From Takakia lepidozioides (taxonomy: Eukaryota; Plantae; Bryophyta), in NCBI GenBank assembly GCA_030704615.1, contig CM060733.1:53754001-53818000 (forward strand): DNA of 64,000 nucleotides. The letters run 5' to 3'. The stretch's first letter is position 1. Each line of letters starts with the position of its first letter. The notes beneath the pieces were generated by a model that made no database searches, was not told the origin of the DNA, and worked only from the letters and a program-made list of their open reading frames with translations. Below, in pieces: positions 49,991 through 62,792 of the stretch. The position numbers were made by a program, and so were the translations under genes.

Positions 49991-51484
49991 AGGCCAATCG
50001 TCAGTCAGAAAGTGAGTCTTGCGAACGAGTTGCAGTCCAAGGACAAAATGTTGAGGTCAACTCCGGTACTTCGATTGAAGAAATAAATTTTTTCTTCTCT
50101 ATATGGCCCTTATTGTTTGCGTTGGGGTTTTTTTTTTTTTTTTTTTTCTGTCGCACTGAACCTCGAATGTCCAGTGGACGTTCTTGACCTTTTTGTCTAG
50201 TATGCTGGATTCTGGCCTATTGTACACTCTGTTCAACGAAGAAAAACCCTGTGGGGGAGTCTTGCCTACACAACATACAGTTCAAAAGAACAAAAATGGC
50301 GGGCACGACCACTAGAGGTTTGAAATTCGGTCAAAGTGGTTTTTAACATTGGAAAAAATTAGGCCATTTCCAGTCCTTCTCTCAATGATTGCACTTGTTT
50401 TTCGCAGAACCAAGTCTCCCACTGAAGTCTCCCACTAAGAGGACCATTACCCAATCATTCTTTGACATACTTTTTAATTTATCAATCGTGAAGTTTTATC
50501 TCTGAGGTTTTCCTCCATTTTCCCTTTATGCTCTACGACTTTTCTGCACCAAATTTTCATTTCATTTCATTTCATTTTCAAACTTCTCATATTTGGCTCT
50601 GATTTTCTTTCATTGTTTCACATGTTTTTTTTTCGTTGTTCAAATTTTAAGCAAATTTCATTTCTCATAGTTTTTATTTGGTGGTCTGACTTTTTATCCT
50701 CTCTCATGTTTCTTCCATTTTCTCCCATGAGAACTAGGCGCTTCCCAAAGTCGTTATATAACGGCATTTTATTTCCAAATCTCATAGGGTGTACTTTCAG
50801 CTTTTTTTTTAAATTTTGGATTGACATACCTTTTATATACCTTGCTTTTTATGATAGCATTACCCCTAAACCCTTACCTTTTTTTGCAAATGGCCCATGA
50901 ACTATTCATACCATAACCATTATTGAAATGTCTTCTCCCTTCATTTTTGCGCTAGGTTTTTCCTTTGTTTAGGATTGACATGCACTTAGGCATGTTATAG
51001 TTTGCTTTCTATGTTACATCTTAATACCAGGTTCCAAGGAGGAGTCTTTCATTTAAATACTTGTCCATAATATTTGGTTTTTCATTTTTATTTTGCTTAC
51101 TACCCTACTAATAACAACACTGAGTTCTAGCGACTGGAGTCTTCCATAAGTGTTTGTCTATTTTGTACCTTAAACAAAAACCCTAAACCCTTACCCTAAA
51201 CCTTTATTATAAAACCCTAGACCTTTACCCTTACCCCAATACCCCAGAACCTTTACCCTTCCCTTTGCAAATAGGAATCAACTATCCATACCATAACCAT
51301 AACCATTATGGTTCTCCAAATCTCTTCAATGTATCCAAATTTTTATTTTGTACCCTAACAAACACTAAGTTGTAGCGAGTGCGAGTCTTCCGGCATGTAT
51401 GTTCACCATTTGTGCCTTCAACCCAAACCCTAAACCCTCGTCGGAAACCCTAAACAAAACCCTACACCATTATTACGTCTAAAC

Positions 51485-54400
51485 CAGTGTTGGACCGGTA
51501 TATGCATTTTTAAATACCAGACTGGTCTTGGTATGAAGTATCTGATCCTTTATGTATACCAGGCTGGTAAGGGTATGGTGGTAGGTATGACCTGATAGAG
51601 TATTATGGGTATCAATAGGGTAAGAGATCTTGTAAAATGGATAGTGTATGGGTATGGTATTGGTATTAAATTTTTTGATATCGATACAAGGGGTATATGA
51701 ACATTGGTATGGTAGTTATGATGTCGAGTTTATTTATTTATTTATTTTTAATTTAAAAAAAAAACTGAAGTGTGCACTTCAGCCGCTGAGTGCTTGTATT
51801 GATGAAGGTAGACCTGGAAAAATGAGCCTTTGTTTACAACTCTTGATACTAACACCGAAGATTGGACTGCATCATACCGTCTTCATAAAGCTTTATCCAA
51901 CACTTCAAAACTGAGAATTTGACCACACAAGCCAGAACATAGTGAACTGAAAATTGCAACCTCACTTGAATCGTTCACCTATTTACCAGCTTTGTTCCCT
52001 CTTTACAAAAATTCCTACATGACCTTGAGCTGACAATTTAAGAAGCCAGACAGTAATCGGTGATAAGCAACAAGTGCAAAATTCTGCTCATCTAGGCAAG
52101 CCTTTACAATCGATTCTCAAAATGCGAAAATGAAACAACCTGAATGGGTGGAAAGCCAGCGAGAACCTGACCCTCAAGAATTTGGTGGTGGTCCAAGTAG
52201 GGAATAAACTGCCTAAGCACTTGCTCTAGTTTCTGGAACGTCACCAGGCTACTTGTGATTCAAAGAGAGAAATTCTCTTGTAAGTAACCAGCCTCCCCCA
52301 ACTCGTCCTCGTGGTTATCAAGAATCTCTGCCTCTGTGGAGTAGAATTCTGCAACAGTAGAGGACGCAAAGGAACATCCCTCTCTCGCGTCTGTGGGCCA
52401 GTTCTTGTAGATCATTACAAGCGAGTCAAGATTGGTAATTCCAAGACAACAACGTCGCACACTTGTGAGGAGTCCTGCCACTGAAAAAATCCGCTCGGTC
52501 TCAATTTGCGATCCCGGAGTTACAAGGATCGGTCGGGCCAAGAAGGCAACATTGGGGAACCTCGCTGCATGCTCTTTCCACCATGTAAGAGGCTCACTGT
52601 CTCTGCATTCACAATAGGCATGCGACAAAATAAAGATAGCTTAGATGCAAGCATTGCCTCATTGACTTCCTCAGCCGACACTGGAGCATCGAAAAGTGAA
52701 TCTGCACATAGATCTGGTGGTTAGGTTGCATTGGTGCCAACACTTGGATTCAAGAATCGGCTGACCTTCGCAAGCAAAGGTATCATGGTTTTTTTGTCAT
52801 ATTCAGATACAATAATCCTTGCTTTCTCCCTGCCCACAAACTCAGTAATGCATTGTAAGCCCTTGAACCTAGGGTCAAGCGTCAGAGCGAGCATATTGTG
52901 TGCTTTATCTCCATGAAATGCACATGCAAAGGACAAGAAAGGTTGGAGTACATTCACTGCCTCTGCTGCCATGCGGGCATAGAGAATCTCGAGCTCCAAA
53001 TCAGAGTCTCCGCACATAAGAGGTGGTTGTGCACTTGCTCAACGGTTGTACTCACCTTGTAGCTTAAGGCTGATGGAAATGGCTGCATTTAACGCATCAG
53101 ACAAAAGCCAATACCCACGGGTTTGGTTGAGCACGCACTGCTGTACCACAGATGTGAGAGTCTCTATTACAGCTCGGGCAATTGCCCAAGTAAGCCCACT
53201 TGGCACTCGAGCTTGTAGCTGAAGTGTCTGCCGCCTATAAAATATGTTTATGACATCCGCATACTCCAGAATTTCTTGAAATAAAACTACCTTATTTGCG
53301 AATCGAGTTTTGACGAAAGTCTTCAACTTGCGTGCCGGCAGCCCAGCCTCAATGCAGGCTTTGTCCCACTCCTGCCTCCCCTTCCCAGACTTCTTAGTCC
53401 ACGTGATTGTCTTTTGCAGAGCCTCCTGAGCGGCCTTGAGAGAAACCTTTGTCATGCCTCCACACAATTTCACATCGTTTGTCGCGTATTGGCAAGCCTT
53501 GCTCGTCACATGGCCAAAGCACCAACCTGCAAAGGGCTTTGCAAGCTGCAATGGCGCACATGAAACTACAGAAGAGAGCTATGGCTAGGGTATTTAGATT
53601 CGATCCCTCATCTTTCACGTATGCTATTATCTTATCTGTGAGTTGGAATTCTGCCAACAAAGGCTTCACAATTTCAGCTAGGGCTGCCCCAACAGTGTTG
53701 GGTGCCTCAAACAGCCCCACAGTAACATGTCTAGGCACCCAGGCATCATCTATAAATTTGACGATCGAACAAAAGGTGTCAAATCATGTCCTACTCATCC
53801 ACAAGTCGAAAGTCACACTAGCAGTTGCACAACTAGCTAATGCAGGTAAGATATCCATTGTCTTTGCAAGTAGGCTGGGGATGTGGTCCTTCACCAGCTG
53901 CTTCCGAGTGGGAAAGTGGATCTTAGGGTCCCTACGCATAACAAGTCGGCGCAACCAGGGCGATTCCACACTTGACAGCGCCTCATGATCATGATACCCT
54001 TTCGCAATGAAGAGGACAAGGTCCTCGATGATCCTTACTTGCTTAAGATAATTCTTTTTGTAACCTTCTTCACCTCCGAAGTAATCAGTGATTGTTGAGG
54101 GAAGCACAGCCTTTCGCTTTTTGCATTTCTTCCTGCCTTCCCCCACCCCAACAGTTTCGGACTCTGTCTTGTATCGTGTAAAATCACTCGCATGCTCGTT
54201 TAGCAGGTGGTTCTTCATAGAGGTAGATCCATGGCTAGGGTTATATTGGACCAAGCCTTTCCTGGCTCGCTTGGTGGGACGTTGCTTGGAGCTCTGAGAA
54301 CTTGCAGGTGGTTTAGGGGAAGAGCTGGGGTTATGGCAAAGGATGCACCTCATAATTTGAACTGCAGTTATATCAACTGCACTTGCTTGGTCGTGAAGAC

Positions 54401-55006
54401 AAAAGAATGCCCACACGGCACTAGAATGATGGAAGGGCACCAAAAATCGTTGGTTCTTGACAAGAGCTGCATACCGCACCTTCCATGCAGCTAATTCTTC
54501 AGCAACTCGCACCTCATCAGGGCAAACCACTTCAACCTTCCATCCCAAACAATCGTCTTGTTCGCAAGCATGTGAAGATGCAAACAGAGTTGCAAAGGCG
54601 ATCACAATAAAACAAAGGAAAGTCCTAACGTTCCGACAGACCACATTAAAAATTGACGACAATCTGGCTGCCCAAGGAGATTCTTGTAATCCGGCGCAAT
54701 CAGGAATCATTTCATTGAAGAGTAGAGTTTGTTGTGCAGCATGGACGCTCAACCCTAACGCCCTCTCCCTACTTATACTGAGCTCCATCGCCGCTTGATA
54801 TCATGGTATCGCATGCAGTATGACAAGAGCGACAACCCAGGCTGGTCTGGTATTGACGAGCAAAAGGTTAACTCCATATTCACCCGAATAGGTTATGCAC
54901 CTGGGTATAATGTTATTTCATACTTGTGAGGTATGGTTCTTCATACCATTACTTATACCCTTACTGTGTATACTCAGGTCTGACCATATATACCGATCCA
55001 ACACTG
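51485..55006 (-). mobile_element. Full-length hAT DNA transposon (3522 bp)
   Basis: TIRs CAGTGTTGGACCGGTATAT ... ATATACCGATCCAACACTG; perfect 8-bp target duplication GTCTAAAC (51477-51484 / 55007-55014). Confidence 0.95.
52260..54788 (-). pseudogene. hAT transposase broken into five ORF pieces
   Basis: BED-like finger (VWAFF..CILC..STSMKNHLLNEH), TFDLWMSR, YVKDEGSNL, CFGH, LDPRFK, and the C-terminal dimerisation domain PLTWWK..FP..LAR..SQIETERIFSVAG. Confidence 0.9.
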
Positions 55007-57269
55007 GTCTAAACCCTTATCCTTCCCTTGCAAATGGGAATGAAGTATCCATACCATAACCATAACTATTACGGTTATTCAAATGTCTTCGCCCTTCACT
55101 TTGTGTTAGGATTTTCCTTTGGTTTGGATTGACAAGCACTTACCTTTTTTTATCAAACTTTGCTTTTTATGTATCTTAATACCAGGTTCCAAGGATGAGT
55201 CTTTTATTTAAATACTTGTCCGATGCAATGACTACACTTCCATAATATTTGGTTCTTCATTTTTATTTTGCTTACTACCCTACTAACAACACTAAGTTGT
55301 AGTGACTGGAGTCTTCCATAAGTGTTTGTCTATTTTATACCTTAAACAAAAACCCTAAACCCCTATCCTAAATCCTTACTATAAAACCCTAAACCTTTAC
55401 CCTTAATCCATTACCCCAGAACCCTTACCCTTCCTTTTGAAAATGGGAATCAACTATCCATACCATAACCATAACCATTATGGTTCTCCAAATCTCTTCA
55501 ATGTATCCAAATTTTTATTTTGTACCCTACTAACACATACTAAATTATAGCGAGTGCGAGTCTTCCGGCATGTATGTTCACCATTTGTGCCTTCAACCCA
55601 AACCCTAAACCCTCGTCGAAAACCCTAAACAAAACCCTACGCCATTATTACGCCTAAACCCTTACCCTTCCCCTGCAAATGGGAACAAAGTATCCATACC
55701 ATAACCATAACTATTATGGTTATTCAAATGTCTTTGCCCTTCACTTTACACTAGGTTTTTTCTTTGGTTTGGATTCACATGCACTTACATTTTTTATCGA
55801 ACTCTGCTTTCTATGTATCTTAATACCAAGTTCCATGGACGAGTCTTTCATTTAAATACTTGTCAAGTGCAATGACGACACTTCCATAATATTTGGTTCT
55901 TCATTTTTATTTCGGTTTCTACCCTACTAACAACACTAAGTTGTAGCGAATGGAGTCTTCCATAAGTGTTTGTCTATTTTGTACCTTAAACAAAAACCCT
56001 AAACCCCTACCCTAAAACTTTACTATAAAACCCTAAACCCTTACCCTTAACCCATTATCCCAAAACCCTTACCCTTCTCTTTGCAAATGGGAATCAACTA
56101 TCCATACCATAACCATAACCATTATGGTTATCCAAATCTCTTCGTTATCCAATTTTCATTTTGTACCCTACTAACCCACACTAAGTATAGAGCGAGTGTG
56201 AGTCTTCCATGTTCGTTCACCATTTGTACCTTAAACCCAAACCCTGAACCCTTTCCCTAATCCCTCACCGTAAACCCTAAACCTTTGCCGTTAAGCCATT
56301 ATTACGTCTAAACCCTTACCCTTCCCATACAAATGGGAATGACTATCCATACCATAACCATTATGGTTATCCAAATGTCTTCTTCCTCCATTTTTGCGCT
56401 AGTTTTCTCCTTTGTTTTGGATTGATATGTACTTACCTTTGCATAGTGTGCTTTCTATGTATCTTAATACCAGGTTCTAAGGACGAATCTTCAATTTAAA
56501 TACTTGTCCGCCCAACGACTCGTCTATAATATTTGTTTCTCCATTTTTATTTTTATTTTTTATCCTACTAACACACACCAAGGATGAAAAAGTTTCCTGA
56601 AGCAAAAGTGTGCGGAGCAATTTACAGCACTGAAAAATAATAAAACCTCCGCCGCCTGGAATTTTTTGAAGGCTGAATTTTGTGTGGTTTAGGGGTGTCT
56701 AGAGTGTTGACCCGCCCACGTGGCAGGTGCTTGGCGCCAGGCGCCGGCGAGGGAAATGAGGGGGCAGCATGCGGGCCCGTGGACAGTGGATCCCACCCGG
56801 ATCTGCCTGCGGCACCCATCGTGGGTGTGGGGAAGACGACCCTTCAAGTCTCGTGGTTTTTGATGACGTGGCCCCCCAAAAGCTTGCCGGAAAGTCTTGC
56901 CGGCTTTAGGCCAAATGGCGTGAGTTAGTTTGGACTCAGAATTTGGATAAAAACTACATCCATGGTTGAGATCTGCTTGTAATCAGAATTTTTTTTCCCA
57001 GCTTCTACTCACTGCTATAATGCACCAACCAGAGGGAATCTGATTCCTCCCAAAATTTCATAGCATATGGTGGCATTTCCCCACAGTGTATATGGATGTG
57101 AAATCCACCCCCCCTCCCCTCCAAAATTTCACATACAAAGCAAACCCTATGGAATCCGAATTTTTGATCTGGAAATTGGAGACAAACCCAAGAAAGTAAG
57201 TTGTTATAATCTACCCATTCAGAAGGCTTTCATGTTGCCCCACCCCCAATGACTTCAACACCGTCCACG

Positions 57270-57468
57270 TCGACGTTGGAATGGAACGCTCCTGGGCACC
57301 CACGTCAAACATTGATCGCACGCTCGTCTTCTTCGTCTCATGGGCAGCGAGGGAAAGCCCAAGTCTCTCAAAATTGAAGGCTCTCAACATCCCCCGATAC
57401 AAGGCGCGCACTGAGGCCCTGTTGCGTGCCAGTTTCTCCGCAGTCGCCCAGATTAACCGATGCCCCAT
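57270..57468 (-). pseudogene. LYR-motif protein, C-terminally truncated or frameshifted
   Basis: MGHRLIWATAEKLARNRASVRALYRGMLRAFN...LSLAA...KK..VRSMF....ERSI resembles a small plant LYR-family protein; similarity is lost after ERSI. Confidence 0.6.
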
Positions 57469-58439
57469 CTCTCCCCACCTCCTCCCCCTAGCACGCTCAA
57501 GTTTGTTGGTGCGGGGTTGGACTTAGGTTGAGGGTTTCAGGCGAAAAACTTTCGTTGTTACTTCTCTTCATTTCTCATCATGTTGGGCAAGAAGCCGACA
57601 ATTACTATGTCATTGTCTTCGCAAAATTCAGCTACCGACGTTCCCTTAATGCAGAAGGAAGATCTACATACACTCCCAGCTTGCAAGCTTCTGATTACAA
57701 TCCATTGAAGCTCAGTGCTGTCAAAGCAAGTTCCAACTGGCTTTTATTCTGAGACGCATGAGGGCAAAGACCAGCCTCCTTGCCGCTGGAGGAGAGCGAG
57801 CTGCACTAACAGCAATAGCGAACGGAGAGTGATGACTTCCCTCAATCATCAGCCAACAGAAAGTGCAGGATCTCGATCATCTGCAATCCTATACAGCTCA
57901 CTCTACAGGTGAGCCCAGGCTAGACAGAACTCATCTTTCTCACACGTTGCTGATGCAAATATCCTAGTAATCACCTGTAGGTAGAAAGAAGCTGAAGCAA
58001 AGTTCAGGGCAGCAATGATGGCAACCAAGGAATTTGGTGATAAGAAATTGAGACTTTCCGAAGTTAGATAGGAATTTGTAGGGGCAATACGTCGAGTTCA
58101 ACAACTGAACGGCCTCATTTGAAAACTTCAACCCAGACCTCAACATTCTCTCAAGCTCGTCATCATAGCTGCCTTCTGTGCCTCGGAACTGATAATGGTA
58201 TTGGGATAGTTGTTTCTTTCTCTCCTCTCCTGGACATCTACCTCTCTACCCCTAGAATTTGGTGAAACCCCACCTGGCTCCATGAGTGTGACAATGGCCT
58301 GACGATCACAAGGATGGATGAGTACAATCTTCTAGACAGACCATGCCTTACTTTCATCTCACCAAGAGCCATTGTCTACAAGGTAAATTTCCCACCAACT
58401 TCCAGCTGGGTGAAAATTGTTGTGAGGGCGACATCTTGA

Positions 58440-61022
58440 TCACCAATAATCCCCACATGAACACACTCCATTTCTGAAGAGATGGAAGCGGCTTGTGTCC
58501 CTTGCAACAATCTCTCGTCCTGCAATTTTGGAGATGAGTTTCATGGCAGTGTGACAATCGCCACACACCCGAAGGTTCTTGATAATACGGACTGGTGTCC
58601 CAGGAGGTGTGCTGATGAGCCCAAAAGCAATGGCCAGCTTCTCACTGTGGTGGCAGAGAACCTGTTCCTTAGATTGCTGATTGACACCATGCAGGACAAA
58701 GCGCATGTCAGGCACATATCCTGCCTCCTTCATCTGCCTAATTAATCTATCCAACTTCGCATAGATCTGCTCTGTTTGTGGATGTGATCTATCCCCTACC
58801 ATGAATCTATGTAGCCTGTTGTTGATCTCAATCCAGCTATACCCCGGCTGCTTTTGCACACCTCTGTCCTCCATCACTTTCCTTACCTTTGCTACAGCAT
58901 CCCACCTGCCGGCTGCAGCATAAACATTTGAGAGGAGCACATACACTCCGGCATCTTGTGGTTCCAACTTGAGAAGACATTCTGCCACACGTCCTGCCAG
59001 CTCCACATTGCCATGGATTCTACAAGCACCAAGCAAGGCCCCCCACACTGAAGCATCTGGTTCAAAGGGCATTTTCTTGATGAAGTCCTCTGCTTCATCC
59101 AAGTGCCCTGCACGGCCAAGGAGGTCAACCATGCAGCTGTAGTGCTTTTCTGAGGGTGTGATACCATGATTTTGACTCATAGAAATGAAGTAATGCTGGC
59201 CTTCGTCCATGAAGCCCATATGGCTGCATGCTGTGAGAACGCCAACAAATGTCACATTGTCTGGTTTCACTCTTTCCAGTTGCATATGTTCAAACTGTTG
59301 GAGGGCCTCCTTCCCATGCCCATGCTGAGCATATGCAACGATCATTGCAGTCCACGAAATTACATCTCGTTCAAGTATTTTGTCAAACACTTTCCATGCA
59401 TTCCTTACACTCCCACACTTGGCGTACATGTCCACGAGGGCATTCCCCACATGTAGATCTGACTCAAATCCAGATTTGATGATGTGCGCATGGACTCGCT
59501 TGCCCTCTTCCAGGGCTGCGAGGCTCGCACATGCATTGAGGATACTAATGAAAGTAACCTTGTTTGGCTTCACACCTTCTTGCTGCATTTGTTCAAAGAG
59601 TTTGAAGGCCTCCACACCATAACCATACTCAGCAGATCCTGAAATCATTGCAGTCCATAATATCACATCTCGCTCGGGCATTTTATCAAACACTTGGCGT
59701 GCATCAACCAAATTCCCACATTTGCAATACATGCTGACAAGGGCTGTCCCCACCCGGAGATCTGACTCAAATCCAGCTTTGATGATCCCTGCATGAAGTC
59801 GCTTGCCATGTTCAACTACTGGGCTGGACCAGACAGTGAGGATGCTAATGAAAGTGATCTTATTTGGCTTGATGCCTTCTCCTTGCATGTTCTGAAAGAG
59901 AGTCAAAGCCTCCTCATGATGACCATGCCGAGCAGTTCCTGCAATCATTGCAGTCCATGAGATTACGTCTCGCTGAGGCATTTTCGTAAACACTTGACGT
60001 GCATCCACCACACTCCCACACTTGCAGTACAGGTTGACAAGGGCATTCATCACACGGACATCTGTCTCGAAACCAGCTTCTATGATGCTTGCATGGAGAC
60101 ACTTGCTTTGCTCCAGATCTGCTGACATGGCATATGTATTGAGGATGCTGATGTAAGTGACAGTGTTTGGCTTCAAACCTTCACGTTGCATTTGCTGAAA
60201 GAGTTTGAAAGCCTCTGCACCATGTCCTTGATGAACTAATCCTGCAATCATCGCATTCCATGAGATCACATCTCGCTCAGGTAAATTCTCAAACACCCGT
60301 CGTGCATCCACCACACACCCACACTTGCAATACATGCTGACAAGAGCAGTCCCCACTCGAACGTCTGACTCAAATCTAGCTTTGATGATGTCTGCATGGA
60401 GCAGCTTGCCCTGTTCTAGAGCTACTGGGCTGAAACATGCATTGAGGATGCTAATGAAGGTGATCTTGTTAGATTCCACGCCTTGTAGTTGCATTTTCTG
60501 AAAGAGTTCAAATGCGTGTGCACAATGCCCTTGCTGAGCTAATCCTGCAATCATCGCATTCCACGAGATTACATCTCGGTTTGGCATCTTGTCAAACACT
60601 TGCCTCGCGTCTTCAATACTATTGCACTTGCAGTACATACTGACAAATGTGTTTCGTAAGACAGTGTCCGGCTCAAATTCACTTTTGATGACGTGTGCAT
60701 GGACCACCTTGACACCTACCAGGGCCTTCACCTTAGCAAAACCATGCAAAAGATGAATGCAGGTATCAGAATATGCCCGAAAGCCTTGTCGCTCCATCAC
60801 ATCCAGAATCTGTACTGCCTTCTTCAATCTTTCCTTCTTGCAGACTGTGCTCATATCCCCAATAGTTCTGCAAGTGCTGAAGTTGATTTCCTCCACCTCT
60901 TGTCTTCGTCTTTCCCCTCCATTAGAAGGGGTGGTGACAGTGGCCATGCCAAAACACATTCCCTTGCTCCCACTTTGATATGTAAAAAACCACTGGGACT
61001 CACTCCAGGCTAGTGACACCAT
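58440..61022 (-). CDS. PLS-class PPR protein with E and DYW (PG-type) cytidine deaminase domains; probable organellar C-to-U editing factor
   Basis: Uninterrupted ~860-codon ORF with repeated P-L-S triplets, an E domain (ASVWGALLGACRIHGN), PG box KQPGYSWIE, HSEKLA, CGDCH and terminal DYW. A TGCAG acceptor sits just before the ATG. Confidence 0.96.
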   Translation of the reverse strand: MVSLAWSESQWFFTYQSGSKGMCFGMATVTTPSNGGERRRQEVEEINFSTCRTIGDMSTVCKKERLKKAVQILDVMERQGFRAYSDTCIHLLHGFAKVKALVGVKVVHAHVIKSEFEPDTVLRNTFVSMYCKCNSIEDARQVFDKMPNRDVISWNAMIAGLAQQGHCAHAFELFQKMQLQGVESNKITFISILNACFSPVALEQGKLLHADIIKARFESDVRVGTALVSMYCKCGCVVDARRVFENLPERDVISWNAMIAGLVHQGHGAEAFKLFQQMQREGLKPNTVTYISILNTYAMSADLEQSKCLHASIIEAGFETDVRVMNALVNLYCKCGSVVDARQVFTKMPQRDVISWTAMIAGTARHGHHEEALTLFQNMQGEGIKPNKITFISILTVWSSPVVEHGKRLHAGIIKAGFESDLRVGTALVSMYCKCGNLVDARQVFDKMPERDVILWTAMISGSAEYGYGVEAFKLFEQMQQEGVKPNKVTFISILNACASLAALEEGKRVHAHIIKSGFESDLHVGNALVDMYAKCGSVRNAWKVFDKILERDVISWTAMIVAYAQHGHGKEALQQFEHMQLERVKPDNVTFVGVLTACSHMGFMDEGQHYFISMSQNHGITPSEKHYSCMVDLLGRAGHLDEAEDFIKKMPFEPDASVWGALLGACRIHGNVELAGRVAECLLKLEPQDAGVYVLLSNVYAAAGRWDAVAKVRKVMEDRGVQKQPGYSWIEINNRLHRFMVGDRSHPQTEQIYAKLDRLIRQMKEAGYVPDMRFVLHGVNQQSKEQVLCHHSEKLAIAFGLISTPPGTPVRIIKNLRVCGDCHTAMKLISKIAGREIVARDTSRFHLFRNGVCSCGDYW

Positions 61023-62613
61023 CACCCTGCATCCAAAAGCTCAAACCCTAAATACACAGCCCCCTTCAATGCCATTACTACACAAGCATGAACTTATAGG
61101 TCCGTATTAGGTGTGCCAACTTCTCTTCCCATTTAAATGACACTGAAAACCAAAGAGAAGGAAGCAGAGTATACCGAGCATTCCAAAGCTTCCTGTGGAG
61201 GTCCATACAACGACACCAGCTGCTGCTAGATCTTGAGCACTGGGTTTTCTCATAACACGGTTCTGCATGTTTGATAGGTATTCAGATAGACTGTGAGGGA
61301 CAATGAGGAGTAGCTGCCTTAAGCTGGGTGTTGAAACACAAGTAGAAATCATGTGCGATAAGATCTCCAAGCACATCTGCCTACATGGACTTGTTGAGAC
61401 TCTCTACCCTTGACACACCATATCCTGTAATTGTTGCTTCCCACCTAATATGCATGAGGAAGGACAAACAGAAGCAGGGAGGGAGAGAAGAGTTTAGCTT
61501 ATCAAAGCTATGACAACAAACAAAACAGAGAATGTACTCTTTCCATTCCCTGCAAACGTTTGCTTGACATAGCCCTAGGGTCATTGACAGAGAGAATGTA
61601 CTCATACAACATTGTTTGCCGTAGCCTTGTGGACATTGACCCCGCGCCCAGTTTTCATTGACACAAAGAGACAGCTAGAGAAACAGAGCTTTGCCATTGT
61701 CTTCAAACACAACGCCGATCATTATTCCTTTAAGACATGTTGTGTATCTCCCTGAATATCACTGGACATCTGTGTGTCTCTGATCATCACTTGTCGGCTT
61801 CCGTGGCACACTTTTATTAAATGGCAGAGCCAAGACAAGAAAGCGAGCCACAAAAGTTGCTTCATTTATCCATATGAAGCTAGTTTAAGCAAACTATTCT
61901 CAACATCCAGTCGCACTCTGGAATCATTCACAATAGCTTGAATTCTTTTTATCAACATTGCACATTTCCCCTGGATATAGCTATCTGGGAGCATTACATC
62001 AAAGGCTAAACTCAGTCGACTGTGAGTGCAACACTGAATTTAAGCCAAGTCCAATTGGAACACCCAGTCTGGCACTGTCCTTGTCCCATCCCATATTCCA
62101 ACAGTTCAATGGGAATCATCCTGTCCTTGTGAAACTTGCACTAGACAGGTGCAGGAATAAGAAGCTGTTCTCAACCTCATTAATGTTGGAAATAAAAAAT
62201 GCCAGACCTGCACCACATAGACATGGAGGCTGCCATAAACAAAAGAATGAACATCATCCAATCTGTCTGCAGAAGAGGGGGATATTTGGAGAGGGAGGTG
62301 TCAAAAGCTTGGTAAAGCATTGCAGACAGTCATGAAAAGAGAGCAATCAAACAAGGGCAGTGGCCAGGATAGAGATCAAGATATGTGAAAAAACTACCAA
62401 CAAACTACAACAGAAACTTAAAGAAAAAGAAGGGAGCTTGATAACATGCACAAAGAGACAGAGAAAGAAGCTGTATGACACCTGGGGGGGGGGTAGGGCC
62501 TGATGGGACAAAGTAGCACAACAGTAAAAATCACATCAAATAGATCCAAGTCTGGACATGCCTCATGCAGGAAAGCTGCTAGACAGAGAAAATAAGAAGG
62601 AAGGAGCTTCATG

Positions 62614-62617
<4 letters not shown>

Positions 62618-62646
<29 letters not shown>
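62618..62646 (+). repeat. (AG)n microsatellite
   Basis: Directly visible AG run of about 14 units. Confidence 0.95.
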
Positions 62647-62650
<4 letters not shown>

Positions 62651-62792
62651 GCGGGACTATATAAAGAGAGACAGAGAGGCAAAACTACAGAAAGGTCATC
62701 AGAAAAACATCCAGCAAAACAGTGAGTCACTTTTACCTAGAAACAACTCGGAGATGCAAGAATGGTCTTGCATGAACGTCCAAAGGGCTTTC

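Larger units (their letters stand above)
50860..56575. repeat. Tandem array of ~643-bp units rich in telomere-like AAACCCT motifs, split by a hAT insertion
   Basis: The anchor TAAACAAAAACCCTAAACCC occurs at 51171, 55343 and 55987, giving spacings of 642 (after removing the 3530-bp insertion) and 644. CCATACCATAACCAT also recurs. Confidence 0.85.

Noticed and set aside
50860-56575. True telomere or CRISPR-like array
   Set aside because: The heptamers are degenerate and embedded in long units, there are no unique spacers, and the context is eukaryotic.
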